From: Styela clava
Lineage: Eukaryota
DNA length: 64,000 nucleotides
Direction of reading: 5' to 3'
Assembly: GCF_964204865.1 (NCBI RefSeq)
Contig: NC_135257.1
Location: forward strand, 22,072,001-22,136,000
Within the stretch, counting starts at the first letter, position 1. Each line of letters starts with the position of its first letter. Of this stretch, positions 26,040-38,750 are shown piece by piece. A program made the translations under genes and the position numbers. The notes beneath the pieces are model-generated. The model did not search any database, was not told where the DNA came from, and saw only the letters and a list, made by a program, of their open reading frames with translations.

Positions 26040-29000
26040 TTATATCAGGATCTCACAAATAACTCCATCTACCTTCCAGGTAGGCGCACCATTCTCCATT
26101 GCTTGATATATCAAGTCGAAATTAGCATAAATATAAACATTTGTGAAATGTTTACGATTGATTCCAATGTGCGGGAAACCTGAACCCCATTTGATGAATG
26201 AATCTGCAGGTGTGACGTCACGGGTCTGAGAAGAATTAAATGATTGGATGAGAATTATCATCCAATTACGCTTGATTAACTGTCCCTCTCACATGCTGTG
26301 AGGTAAATCTCCATTTTCGGGCTGTAACCGTAAGGAATTGGCTTCTCTGAAACTATACATTTGTTATAAATTTATCTATGAATGAAATATATGTATGCAT
26401 TGGAGTATGAGCGTTTAAAAAGCACGGTAATTACCGCAGTGTTCCTCCGTAACTGATTTGATAGATAAAGACCACACTTGCCTGCCTGAACCAGAGAACA
26501 TTTAGGCATATTCCTAATTTAATTGTCTCACAAATACCTGTCGTTGCATTGGATCTGGGCATGCCCACACTTCACCAGCTCAATAACAGATCCTTATGTT
26601 TACGAGTTTAAGTTAAATAAAACATTCATAGAACACTAACCATTGGATTAAAGCGGATTCCTGTCCATATATTAATCCACGGCAAATCGTTTATTGCCAA
26701 ATATTTTACAATCGCATTGTAAGATTCTTCATTTCGGATCAAACCAACATCCGCGTTACGTTTTTTACAAATATCAACTGCTGTGTCGTAGTCAACTTTT
26801 TGCAACACGAAAATATAACAGATCTTTCCAACCTTCAAGTCGCAGTTTTCTGAAGTGTAAATGATAGCGTTACAATTTTTGAGTCCGCGTAGAACCTGGT
26901 GACTTTTATTATCAGTATCTGGAGGTTTGAAAGCATGAAATTTTAAAATTCGGAATTTGAAATTTTTTTTTAAAGTAGGCCTTAAATTGTGGATTTGAAA
27001 ATTCCGACTCCAACTTCGATAGTTTAGACTATCGCCAAACCAGTGGAAACATGTCAAATGTCGACTCTATATGCGTAGGCCTGAGCATGGAAACTTACCT
27101 GAGGAAGGGGTCGGTTTCAATGTTGTTTGGATCGTTGTCGTCAGTCTCTGTTGGTTTCCAGATTGAACCTGTTGAGGTTTCTTCATTGCAGAAAGTTTTT
27201 GTTCAATCCGCTCCATTGCTGAACAGAAGAATATACATAGGTCAGCGTCTATTTCCAGCATTACCAAAAACAAAATGTTATCAGTGGCAGAATGGCCAAT
27301 TTGGTTGCAGTTGAACATGCAGCCAACTTGACGGAAATAGCATAAGTCTTTAGATTCTATCTATAATAACTTTCAAGTACAGTACCTAACATGACTCAGA
27401 TCTACTGAACCTATAATGCTTGCTAGCCTTATATTTAAACTCAGTTATCGTCGAAAGGTTCTCTGTTACACCAAGTTTTTGTTTCATTCTGGATATTACT
27501 GAATATAACAATATTTAGATTAATGTAGGACATATTTGCTGTGCTTAAATACAAACCCAATGTTTCATTCCAATGTCAGAGGATTCTTGCTTGTAATTTT
27601 ATAATTTAATTTATTTTAAACTCAAACGGTTATTCGACGCCACGAAACGCTTCAAAAATATAAAGTTACAGTTGCTACCTTTCTTCATCAAATTATTCGT
27701 TTTATTTTGTTCATTCAATTCTTTCTCCAGCTTATCATTTCTTTCTTGAAATTTGATCAATTCTAACAAAATGAAATGATTTGTCAAAAAATTGGCAATA
27801 TTATGGAAAAACTTCATCGATACCACATGGTCACATTCCACATGTCAGAGATGTAATAACGCATCATGTATATGAAAAGTATAAAGTTTATGTCATATCC
27901 TGGCTGGTCTATCGCAGTTTGTTTGATACTAACTTATGATTACTGGTACTACACTAAAATCCTCTGAGTTAAAAAGTGTCTGATTGTAACAAAACGTTTC
28001 AGAACGAACTTGTTTCTGCATTTTGGTAAACAAATTCTATACAGCACACTGACATATTCAAATAAGTATTCAAAAAGTGATTGGCAATAGCAACAATTGT
28101 TACCCACTAAAATTTTTAAATCAATTGTTTGATTAGATAAATAAGAGTCGATTTTTACACAAAACAAGGAAAATGTAACATAGCAATAATACGATTTATA
28201 AGTCCAATTTGTGCCTAATAAGCCACACTGAAGCTGCTTTTTAGAAAGAATCAATTCGGCACGACGTAGATCACAGGACTTAATGTCAAATATCAATTGC
28301 AGTAACATAACATCACTGACCTTTCTTCAATTCATTGATCACAGAGTTTTGTTCTGTGTTTTCCCTCAGTAGAATTTCAATTTGACGAGATTGGTGAAGA
28401 GCGTTATTGCGAATATCTTTTATTTCGTTTGATTGTTCCGCAATTTTTCTACGATGTTCTCGGATTTCTGGCAGAAAATATTATAGTTCCAGTTTTCTAC
28501 ACCAGCTTTTTCAAAAATGATCTTCAAAAGCTTCAATAAATATTCTATTCATCCTCCAACTGATATTATTTATATTTGAATCCGTGTACATTAACATGGA
28601 CGATGGTGACCATGTTTCGTATTAGATATTTCTTATTCAATTCGGTGTTCAGTCCAAACTCTTTTAGGCATGAATCGTGTACACTACGGATGTGTTGGGA
28701 GAAAATAAATACATTATAAAATGAACTGACCAGAATTTGCTCTAGCAAAGTGAGCTTTTGATTCTTCTAACTCTGATCTGATATTTCTTATATCTGCGCA
28801 GAAAAAGACAATAATAGGCAATAATTCAAAAAGCTCAATCACGGCGACCGCTGAAATGCCAAGTGCTATTGAAACGATATGTCATAATGGCAGCTAATAA
28901 TAAAGGAAACTCATTTCTGAATGAAGTTATGGCGACCACTGAATGTCAGGAGACTGTATAGAATTATGATATTTAAAATAGAATGCCACTGTATGCTTTT

Positions 29001-29388
29001 GGTTAGCATAGATATGACTTAATAATATATAGTGAGCATAAAAGACAGTAAAAAAACTTAATCAATATGCTTCGCCGCCAACACCAACTCTGATAACCCA
29101 CGTGATATTCAATCGTTCACGCTTACCTAAAATATTTCTAGTTACGACAGGAAGCAAGTTGCCAGTATTTTTTGATTCCGTGTCATTCATAGATTTGCAC
29201 GTAATCGGAAACTCCTTATCATGCAGATGTTTATCAATGTTGAAACCTGGTCTGTCCCATCCTACTGCAACCAAATCACATTGTGCAATCTGGCAACCCG
29301 GCTTTGGAGAGCAATGGAACACTGTATCATCTTGACACCAGGATGAAGCGATGACGTATATTAACATGAAGACGATTGAAATTTTCAT
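26040..29388 (-). CDS. Secreted coiled-coil C-type-lectin-domain protein, copy 2 (7 exons, 356 aa)
   Basis: Exons 29388-29127, 28793-28731, 28467-28321, 27762-27679, 27218-27099, 26849-26641, 26225-26040. Exon sizes match copy 1 and there are few substitutions (CTLD: NCEL/NCDL, DVC/DIC, FDPM/FNPM, LRYQ/LIYQ). Confidence 0.88.
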
Positions 29389-30769
29389 CTCGATTTCAGG
29401 ATATTTACGTTATGACTGAGTGAATAAAAATTGTTTGTGTTTATTTGCACATGAAACCGTGGATATATCAGGACGTGGATCAAATGACGTTCAAACTATG
29501 AGCTTGCTGCTGTTCTTAATAACGCTGCTCACTAACCCTTTAGTTCTGAATTCAGAAAAACAGTTTTAACAGCGAATAATTTGAGAGTTTGACGACTAAG
29601 ATTTTCAAAATGTTTGTCCAATATATTTTTTAGTAATTGCCTAGATCTTGCTCTGAAAATATTCAATGAGAAGAATTCATTTCTAATCGACTTTATCGCA
29701 ATTTCCTGTTACCTTTACCTGTTGTTAACGGGGTTTAAAGTAGATGTGTTGGCAGGGTCGTTTTTTTGCTCAGTTATTTAATAACTTCCTAGCGAGTGCC
29801 CGTGTTTCTGTTTCGTAGATTAGAAAACTAAAATTGAAATTTCGTGAACTTTGCATAAGTTTACATGATATTTAGTGGCCAGGCCCTAATCTATTACTGT
29901 GCGTCCTCAGTCGGCCATAGGCTCCGCGTTTATTCTACACGCAAATTATCAAATTTACATTTTATATATTATATTCCTATAGATAGGGCAACGTTTTTAT
30001 GCTGTATACTTAGACTCGTAAGTGAGTTACATCGTAATTAGGTAAAAGGCAATCCGGCCCTGACCATAGAGTGTGCCGGTATAGTTATGGACCGACCCTG
30101 GCTAATCATGGACCAGGCCATTTTAGCAATGATAAATTAAAACAGCCGTCTATCTATACAGCACACTGCGACACCGATCTTTTCGTTTGACTTCATCGCC
30201 TGAGGCAAACGTAACATAAGACTCGAAATAGCAAACCTTACTAATTCTTATCTGACGATGTTTTTGAAGTTTCGGTCTGAGTTTTCAACCAAGTTTGACA
30301 ATTCTTCTCATCTCACATTCTTGCTATAGCATATATATATATTTATAGTATATATAAACTCATAGCATAGTCTTTTACGCTTCGAAAGTAGCCGAATGGC
30401 TACAGCAACAATTCCGCCGTCAGAAATGTCTTATCGAATCACGTTTAGATATTACAAAGTTGAAACCTTTTCATCCAAACTTTGAAAACTTAGCTAACTG
30501 TTCCATTAGCAACTTGCCTCTATGCAATCGATATCAAACTATACTAATATGTTTTCGTCGCCTTGATTTTATACTTCAAAATTTACCGCAATCGGATATA
30601 TATAGAAGAATACACACAATTATCTCGTGACGCAGTTTCGGTTTACTGATGTCGCGTAATAAACAATGACATCGCAGAATGAATGTTAGTTGTTTGCAAT
30701 ATTCTATTTTTAGAGAAATTACAATGAATTTTAAAATATGAGTTCCATATACTAATAAATGGTTGGTTT

Positions 30770-33475
30770 GGAGATAGTAACAGTAATCACCAGTGCAGCA
30801 GAATCCAGATTCCACATCAACATCACTACTGATGACCTCAAATCTTTGCCTAAAACAAGAAATATAGAATCTATGGAAAACTCTGTAGAAATGACAGAAT
30901 CAGTACAAGCGATAGATACACAAATGCCAATAAAACATTCATGGGCTTTTCAATACTGCAATGGAATTGCTGCAGCATTAGACACAAGGACTTAGACTTG
31001 GTCTATCTTATATACCACAAGGCAGAAACACCAGACATTATATGCTTACAAGAAACATGGCTGAATGACACATTCGAAATACCTGGATACAAAATATATA
31101 GAAAGGATAAAACAAGAATAAGAGAAGATGGTTGTCTCATAGCAATGAAAAATGCTCATTCTTCCAAAGAATCTATTATAAATATCAGCAATATGGAAAT
31201 ACAAGCAGTGGAAATAAATGGGATCAATATAGTGAACGTATATACCTCTGGAACAAACATAACAAAGAAAAACCTAAACCAAGTGCTCAATTGCTTTGGG
31301 AGGAGAACTGTAATATGTGGTGATTTGAATGCCCAAAACACTATCTGATATTGCTCACAAACAAACTCTAGAGGTCTGGAAGTACAATCATGCATTAAGC
31401 AAAATAATCTTGTTTTGCTAAACGATGACTCCACAACTATAGAAGCCAGAGGACACCAGGGATCAATCATTGATCTTTGTATAACCATAAATGATATTGC
31501 CCATGCATGTACTATAGAAACACTACAAGAAAATCTGAACAGTGACCACAACTTGCTGTGGATAACAGTGAACAAAATTTCAAATTTAGATCCTGCTTCA
31601 GAATCCCAAAATGTATCAACGAAAAATACAGATTGGGTAAAATATAAATTTGAATGTTTTGAGAACATAAACGGTGCAACAAAAAACGAAAATATAGATG
31701 AATTTAATACTAACCTGTCGCTTGGAATAATACAAAGTGTCATAGCCTCTAGTCCCATCCCAGTAAAAAGACACATAAGAAATCCCATACCATGGTGGAA
31801 TTCGAATTGAAGTAAGGCTGTAAAACAAAAAAACAAGCATATAGAAGGGCCAAGAGAACATGTTTACCACAGGATCTCATTAATTATAAAAAGATGGAGG
31901 CTTCGACCAAAAAAATTATATTGCAAAATAAGAGACAATACTGGGCAAACAAACAACTTCTTTGGTACTCTAAAAACAAATCCTAAAGAGGTCTGGAATG
32001 CTATAGTATAAATAGTATGAGAGGAAATACAAAAACCCAAAACCACAAATATTAATCAATGATCGGACAATAACGGATGACATAGAAAAAGCAAACATCT
32101 TTGCACAATCATTTGCAGATATTGTATGCAAAGACAATACAGGAGAGACTATTACTATGAACAAAATAATTCGGGAAAACTACTACCAAAATGTTAAACA
32201 AAGTATTTTGCAACAAGAGGCTTAGCCACAAAGATCATACAACAGACGTATAACAATATTCGAATTGAACCTGGCGCTTAAAGAAACAAGAAATACAACA
32301 CCAGGTCTGGACTAAATAACATATCATGTGATAAAACATCTCCCTGTCCAAGTAAAGGAATTTTATTGCATCTCTACAATACAATTTGGGAAACAGGTCA
32401 AATGCTTGAATCATGGAAGCATTCAATAATGATACCGATTTTGAAAACGGGTAAACCAAAAGATGACCCAATGTCTTACCGACCCATATCGCTGACATCA
32501 TGTTTATGCAAAATATTGGAAAAGATTATTGTAAAACGACTAAGGACCTATCTGGAATTTAACGGGAAACTAAACTCAGTGAAAAGCGCATTTAGGAAAC
32601 AAAGGTCAGCTTTGGATACTCTAATATGCCTACAAGATGACGTACTCAAAGCATTACAAACCAGACAAGTAACATTAGCCATATTCTTAGACTTTCACAA
32701 AGCTCATGACACAGTTTGTCCCAGTGGATTGCTGGGCAAAGTAGCAGATTTGGGGGTGGAAGGACATATGCCCAAATTTAATAAAAATTTTCTACGAAAT
32801 AGATCATCAAATGAAATATCTCTCACCGTACCATACGTGGATTTCCTCAAGGTTCAAGCTTATCTCCTGTTCTATTCAATATAATGATAAATGACCTTCC
32901 GTCAATTGTAAATAATGCAAATTCAGGCCAATTTACAGACGATTTTGCTATATATAAAACCCGAAGAGATGTGAAATCCATAAAAAGAACAATGCAAATA
33001 AATTTGGACAAAATAAAGGAGTGGTGCAAAATATGAGGAATGGCTCTATCTGTCACAAAATGCGAAGCAATGTTATCCAGCTGAAGAAGATATAATCCTA
33101 ACATCAACCTCAAAATATCAGAAAAATTTATACCAATAGTTAACAAGACAAAATATCTCGGTGTCATTTTGGATAAAAAACTAAATTGGAAAGACCATGT
33201 GGAATATATGATAACAAAACTTAAACAACGATTAATTATTCTTAGATATATCAGTGGAAACAAATGGGGATCAGACTGCATACAATGGTTCTTCTTTATA
33301 TATCACTAATTCGCTCTGTATTTGATTATGCATGTCAGCTATATTGTTCTGCATCTAGGACACTATTGACAAAACTAGATACAATTCGGAATGATGCATT
33401 GCCAATTTGTCTTGGTGCTATGAAAAGTACACCGATTGATGTAGTACTACATGCCTGCTCAGAAATGCCCACTGT
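30770..33475 (+). mobile_element. I/Jockey-group LINE remnant, unit-2 copy (APE + RT)
   Basis: Colinear with 15375-16653 and continues into RT: YRPISLTSCLCKILEK, FLDFHKAHD, PQGS, degenerate QFTDD, KYLGV. ORF1 was removed by a deletion at ~30760. Confidence 0.85.
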
Positions 33476-35630
33476 AAAAAATGATAAAATTTGATAATAT
33501 ATACACCTCATAAAATTTATACAGTAGCATTTCATCCATTACGCACGTCATTAATACAGTATCGGACCACATTTTATGCCCGCAAAATAATATTAAACAA
33601 ACGAAAAAAGTGCGCTGGGGAAAGGGTACCTGGCGGAACAACATTATGCTTTATGGTGACCAGACTTACATCAAGCTAATTCAAAACACTTATAATTCCG
33701 CTCTTCCTAACTTATATGACTATGATTCGATACTGGACTGGTGGGACTATATAAAAACTAAAATTAAGAAATACACCATTGCATTTTCCCAATCCTATCC
33801 CGGGACAAAAAGAATAACATATGTCAACTATGAGAAAGTTTAACAAAACTTATAAACGAGGGCACCAAGGGAAATGCAATGAAAATACAAAACTACAAAT
33901 CGAAACTCAATACCCTGCTAGAGGAGCGACAGAAATTGGACATCCTGATGGCAAACCTGGAAGACCTGGAGGACGGTGAGAAGCCGACAAGAACCGTCTA
34001 CGAAAGGATCCAACGAAGGGCCAAGCAAACCACAATAGAGCGCCTGAAAGACCAAAATGGTTGCATGACCACAAATGAGAACGAGGTCATGGCAACAATT
34101 GAGGTCTTCTATGGAAGTTTGATGGGAGGCGGGTGCGAGACCGACGCGCAACATCAAAAACACTATCTCTCGCTCATGAGTACTAGCTCGATATCGGACA
34201 TAGATACCACCATCTTAGAGCAATACGTGACCGCCGACGAGATATATAACGCGATAAAATCTATGCGCAATAATAAGTCGCCCGGCCTGGATGGTCTATC
34301 TAAAGAATTTTATATAACGTTCTGGGGAACTATAAAAAAACAATTCACCCAATTGATCAACAACATCATAATTTTCGGCCAACTTCCCAAAACATCAAAA
34401 CTAGCAAAAGTAAAACTACTGTATAAAAAAGACGAAGAATCGGAACTTAAGAACTGGCGCCCTATCACAATACTCAACTCGGACTATAAAATATTATAGA
34501 AAATTTTAGTGAAACGATTGGAACCCGTCCTGGCATATATAATTAGTCCATCACAGAAATGTGCGCTACCGCGAAGGACAATGTTTGACGTTCACTATAA
34601 TACGGAGGCTATAATTCGATACTGTAAAACTAAAAATATACCTGGATCATTAGTTCTAATAGACAACTTGAAAGCATTTGACAACGTAAATCACAAATTC
34701 TTACTGGACATCTTAAAACAAATTGGACATGGAAATCGGATTCTGAATTTAATAAAAAACATATACTCCGCCAATAGGAGTCGCGTGGACGTAAATGGCA
34801 GGCTTACCGAGGAGATTACTGTCCGGGGCGGCATCAAACAAGGATGTCCATTAAGCATGCTTTTATATACCGTATGTGTCGAACCCTTAGCCAGATCCGT
34901 CATCATGAACAAAAATATACGTGGTCTTAAACTAGGTACGCACGAGCATAAATTAGATCAATATGCGGATGACGTCACCTTTGCTGTATGTGTTCAACCG
35001 TCCATCACGGAGCTATTTCACGAACTTGAAAAATTTCAATTCGCATCTGGCCAAAAAATCAACGAGGAAAAGACCCAAATTTTCTGCATCACCAAACGCT
35101 CTTACAATTGGATCTACAATTCTACATTCAGGCAACATATTAGAGATGACGTGAAAATTCCTGGACTTAACTTCGGGCAAAAACGGTTGGACAAAATCTG
35201 GGAAAAAATTCAAACAAAATTAATTCACAGTTGAGCTGTGCTCAGTTGAGCTGTGCTATTCATGGCATTCACGGAAGCCCTGGGCCAATGTCATGCTATT
35301 TGGCACGCTCAGGGCCGAAGTTTAGGCCACGTAATGCAGAGCAGATACGGAAGCCGGGGTGGCGGAAGTCGTGCTGTGTCCTACATGGTATAGACAGAAG
35401 CACCGGGAAAAAGTTGTGATGTGATATACAGCATGTACCGAACCCCCGGGGTGGAAGTCTGTGCCGTGCTATGGCGCAGCTAACCGAAGCCACCAATTCC
35501 TATGACTGCTGCTTATGCAGTGGCATGCTTATGAAGCGCTATTCCGATAAAGCTCGGGTATGACATGTCTTTTAGACACTGATCCGAATTTGGGAAACTT
35601 CTGATCCGTAAAAATTAAAAAAAACAAAAA
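33476..35630 (+). mobile_element. L1/Tx1-type LINE E1: 5'-truncated ORF2 (APE end + RT) joined to a structured tail and poly(A)
   Basis: SDH, WGKGTW, KSPGLDG, NWRPITILNSDYKI, GIKQGCPLS, QYADD. The ORF breaks at 35231 into the tail module, which ends CTGATCCGT followed by an A-tract. Confidence 0.85.
35228..35609 (+). ncRNA. 5'-truncated box C/D-like module M1 (3' end of E1)
   Basis: Near copy of 36630-36983; intact k-turn hairpin at 35551-35590; D box 35601-35604 followed by TCCGT; 15-bp duplication CAGTTGAGCTGTGCT at the 5' junction. Confidence 0.6.
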
Positions 35631-37009
35631 CGACCAGTTCTGGCATACAGAGGCCTTATATGACTTAGGGTCAAAAATCAACATTGTAAACCGGCGGCTA
35701 TATAATAACTCGATGCCCCATCCACCAGCAATTCCATCAAACTGGAAGGACATCCTGGCCATTTTTCGATCTCTAAACCTATCACCGGAGCAATGGGAGG
35801 ATGCAAGGCACAAGGATCTATACTATAGACTTAAAAGCAGACACCACAACCAACCCCACGAAAATATCAACTGGGAGGAGGTTCATCTGCTCAGGAATCG
35901 GCCCAAATATACGAACGCTGAAAGGATAATATCTTACCGTATAGTAAAGGACGGCTATATTTTCGGCGATCGAATGCGAGGCATGAGCCTTAGGCACGGC
36001 CCATTCGGGATCATAAAAATTATGAACTGTAAATTTTGTAGAGATCCGTGTGACAATACTAAGCACATATTTCTGCATTACAAGATCATAGCGGCATATG
36101 TTGCAAGTTTAATAGAATTCCTAAATGAAATTTTATGCGGGACCACCACAATCTCTAGAGAACAAATATTCCTTAATAGTTTCAATGGGCCAAACGAGAT
36201 TGCGGTTACGAAATGTTTCGTGCTACTCAAACAGGCAATTATACATAGGGAAATCTCTCTAGATATAGAAAATCGGTACATCGCTCCCACAGACGGAAAT
36301 ATTACAGATGCGGCCATAACCAAATTTTCGGAATTTCTTCTCGTAATGGAAAAAAGGTTCACAGATATACAATTTCTCGGCATACAAAATAACTGGAAGG
36401 AAATACTTAACCGATATCTTCTGCCATGAAACCGAAGCGACAAAAACATCGTCCATTTTTAGCCTATTTTATATCAACATACCCATGACCCCCATAACAG
36501 GGAGCATATTCACAGATAAGACCATTATTAACCCCCAACGGAAATGATGAATCGAAAGCTTCACGGTAGATGTCATGCTGTGTGCGTGTTACACGTTTTC
36601 ACACAGTGTGTACGGAAGCCGCGTCGGCGGAAGTTCAGCTGTTCTATGCATGGCATTGACGGAAGCCTTGGGCAAATGTCATGCTATTTGGCACATAGTA
36701 TGTACATTAGCTCAGGGCCGAAGTTTGTGCCACGTAATGCAGAGCAGATACGGATCCGGGGTGGCGGAAGTCGTACTGTGTCCCACATGATATAGACAGA
36801 AGCCCCGGGAAAAAGTTGTGGTGTGATATACAGCATTTACCGAACCCCCGGGGTGAAGTCTGTGCCGTGCTATGGCGCACCTAAGACCGAAGCCACCAAA
36901 TCCTATGACTGCTGCTTATGCAGTGGCATGCTTATGCAGTGTCTTTTAGACACTAATCCGAATTTGGGAAATTTCTGATCCGTAATAAAAAAAAAAAAAA
37001 AAAAAAAAA
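35631..37009 (+). mobile_element. L1/Tx1-type LINE E2: ORF2 C-terminus (zf-RVT-like CKFC...HIF) + 3'UTR + poly(A)
   Basis: ORF 35713-36429 is homologous to the E4 C-terminus; A-tract at 36984-37009. Confidence 0.85.
36538..36983 (+). ncRNA. Box C/D-like structured RNA module M2 (3' end of E2)
   Basis: ACGGA-a-ATGATGA (C box 36544-36550) ... TT-CTGA (D box 36975-36978)-TCCGT, forming a perfect 5-bp terminal stem; internal hairpins with NGAA/NGAA loops. Confidence 0.65.
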
Positions 37010-37870
37010 CGACATTATTGCTGACATTATTCGCTATTTGATTAAGGCCCTCGATAACGAAGAAAACGAAAGACAAAGACGATGAGCTACGCCGCCGCCG
37101 CATTCTCGACTCCTCCCACAGAAGAAGTTTCCGCTGCTGCATCATCTCGACCTCGGACGCTCTTCCTGAAGACCGACGAAAACATGGATTTCCACAAGAT
37201 GATGGACGTCCTCCGGAACAACACCACAACAAGGAGGTTCTGCGACCAGGTGAAAGGGCTGTTCGAAGGCCGCAGAGGGATCTGGATCCTCACCTTTGCG
37301 CCAACGGACAGCCCGAATTCTAGCTGCAGAGAGAGTTTTCTTTCTTCTACAGGTGGCCTGATACAAACGGCTGAGAGTAACATCCATGTGACACTACCAA
37401 GTAAAGCTCCTGTCCGGATCTCCATACGGGGAATTCCGGCGGAAACTCCATACAACATGGCGGTCACCAAGATCAACAAGCTGGGCTGTGGAACGGAACG
37501 GAATGCAGTCCAAAATTGGTATCGAGGGACCGACGTCTACAACGGGCACACGTCATTCCTAATGGACGGTTTTAAAAAAGACCGTTTGCCGGAATACGTG
37601 GTTATCAATGGTGAAAGCTGCAAGACCTTCCTCGCACGAGAGTTATACACTCCGACGTGTGGGAAGTGCCTAACCACCGGCCATGTATACAGTGAATGCA
37701 AGAACGAAGCCGTCTGTAAGTATTGTAAAACACCGGGTCACTTACTAAGAGAATGTCAACAACGAAAGCGTGATCCAGTCTTCACCAACCCTGTGACAGG
37801 ATGGAACATGCCTCCGCAGAAAAGAAAACCCCTGCGAAAACATACGCAACAACCACATCAGAAGGTCGTT

Positions 37871-37997
37871 CAATCTGCTGAAACAACAGAGCAGAGCCAG
37901 AGTGACGTGCAAGCTGCCGAAACAACAGAGCAGAGCCAAAATGACGTGCAACCTGCTGGATCAACAGAGCAGAGCCAAAATGATGCACAACCTGCTG
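37871..37997 (+). repeat. 39-bp coding tandem repeat in ORF1 (QSAETTEQSQSDV x ~3.3)
   Basis: ACAGAGCAGAGCCA recurs every 39 nt. Confidence 0.85.
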
Positions 37998-38588
37998 TAT
38001 CATCTTACGAGGTACGTGAATTTTCTTCTGACTTCGAAATAAATTGCCTAAAAGAAATAAAAAAAAATGATCGGAATGTGAAGATGTCGACAACGTCGTG
38101 AGTCCAATCAAAACTCCATCACCACAACGGCTATCTAGACCAAGGCAAGTCTACAGATTGAAGGAGTCATCGACAATTGGCAACACGCCATTCCATCCCC
38201 TTTCAAAGGGAAATCCTTACATCAAAGTAAGGATCAATAACTTTGAGTCCTGCGACACCACGTCTTCGTCGGTCTTCAATACAACACCGAAAGCAACACC
38301 ATCTGCGCCAGTCAGCCAAACCGCCGTCAATTGTGAATCTGACAGGGGACAGCAACAAAAGGAGCAGAGACACAACAACATCCACAGATTCCTCGACATC
38401 TCAGACAACCACCCAAAGAACTCGCGGTAAAAAGAAAAAATAACTACAAATTTCGCCCTCATTCAACCAAATTTCTCTGCTCTTACCTTATTTAGATCTT
38501 TTGAACAATTCAAATCACAATTCGGCTTATATAACGCCTGGTTGACGGCGTAAAACCCCAACCAATCAGAAATACCATCCCACATAAA

Positions 38589-38739
38589 GCGGATGTGATG
38601 AATGGAAGACTACCTATTTATGTGGCTTATAAAATGGTGATCTCTATGGCAAAGAGAATTGATCCATAAAACTTCCGTCGACATAGTCTGGGTATGAATG
38701 CATTTGGGCTGGATTCCAGACTTTGTCGTTCTGATCCGT
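38589..38739 (+). ncRNA. Box C/D-like RNA module M3 (151 nt, 3' end of E3)
   Basis: GCGGA-t-GTGATGA (38595-38601) ... TT-CTGA (38731-38734)-TCCGT; inner helices ATGGAAG/CTTCCGT and CGACA-AGTCTGG/CCAGACT-TGTCG. Confidence 0.65.
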
Positions 38740-38750
38740 AAAAAAAAAAA

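Larger units (their letters stand above)
480..33475. repeat. Tandem segmental duplication, unit ~16 kb (unit 1 ~480-16653; unit 2 from 16654)
   Basis: Same order in both units: Mutator remnant, minisatellite, flank, lectin gene, upstream block, LINE. The junction AATTATAAA|AATTCGTTTAT joins LINE to Mutator sequence. Confidence 0.92.
37010..38750 (+). mobile_element. L1/Tx1-type element E3: ORF1 with two CCHC knuckles, no recognisable ORF2, structured tail, poly(A)
   Basis: ORF 37082-38101 starts MSYAAAA and contains CGKCLTTGHVYSEC and CKYCKTPGHLLREC, typical of Tx1 ORF1. A frameshifted C-terminus ends GKKKK at 38443. Tail 38589-38739, then an A-tract. Confidence 0.8.
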
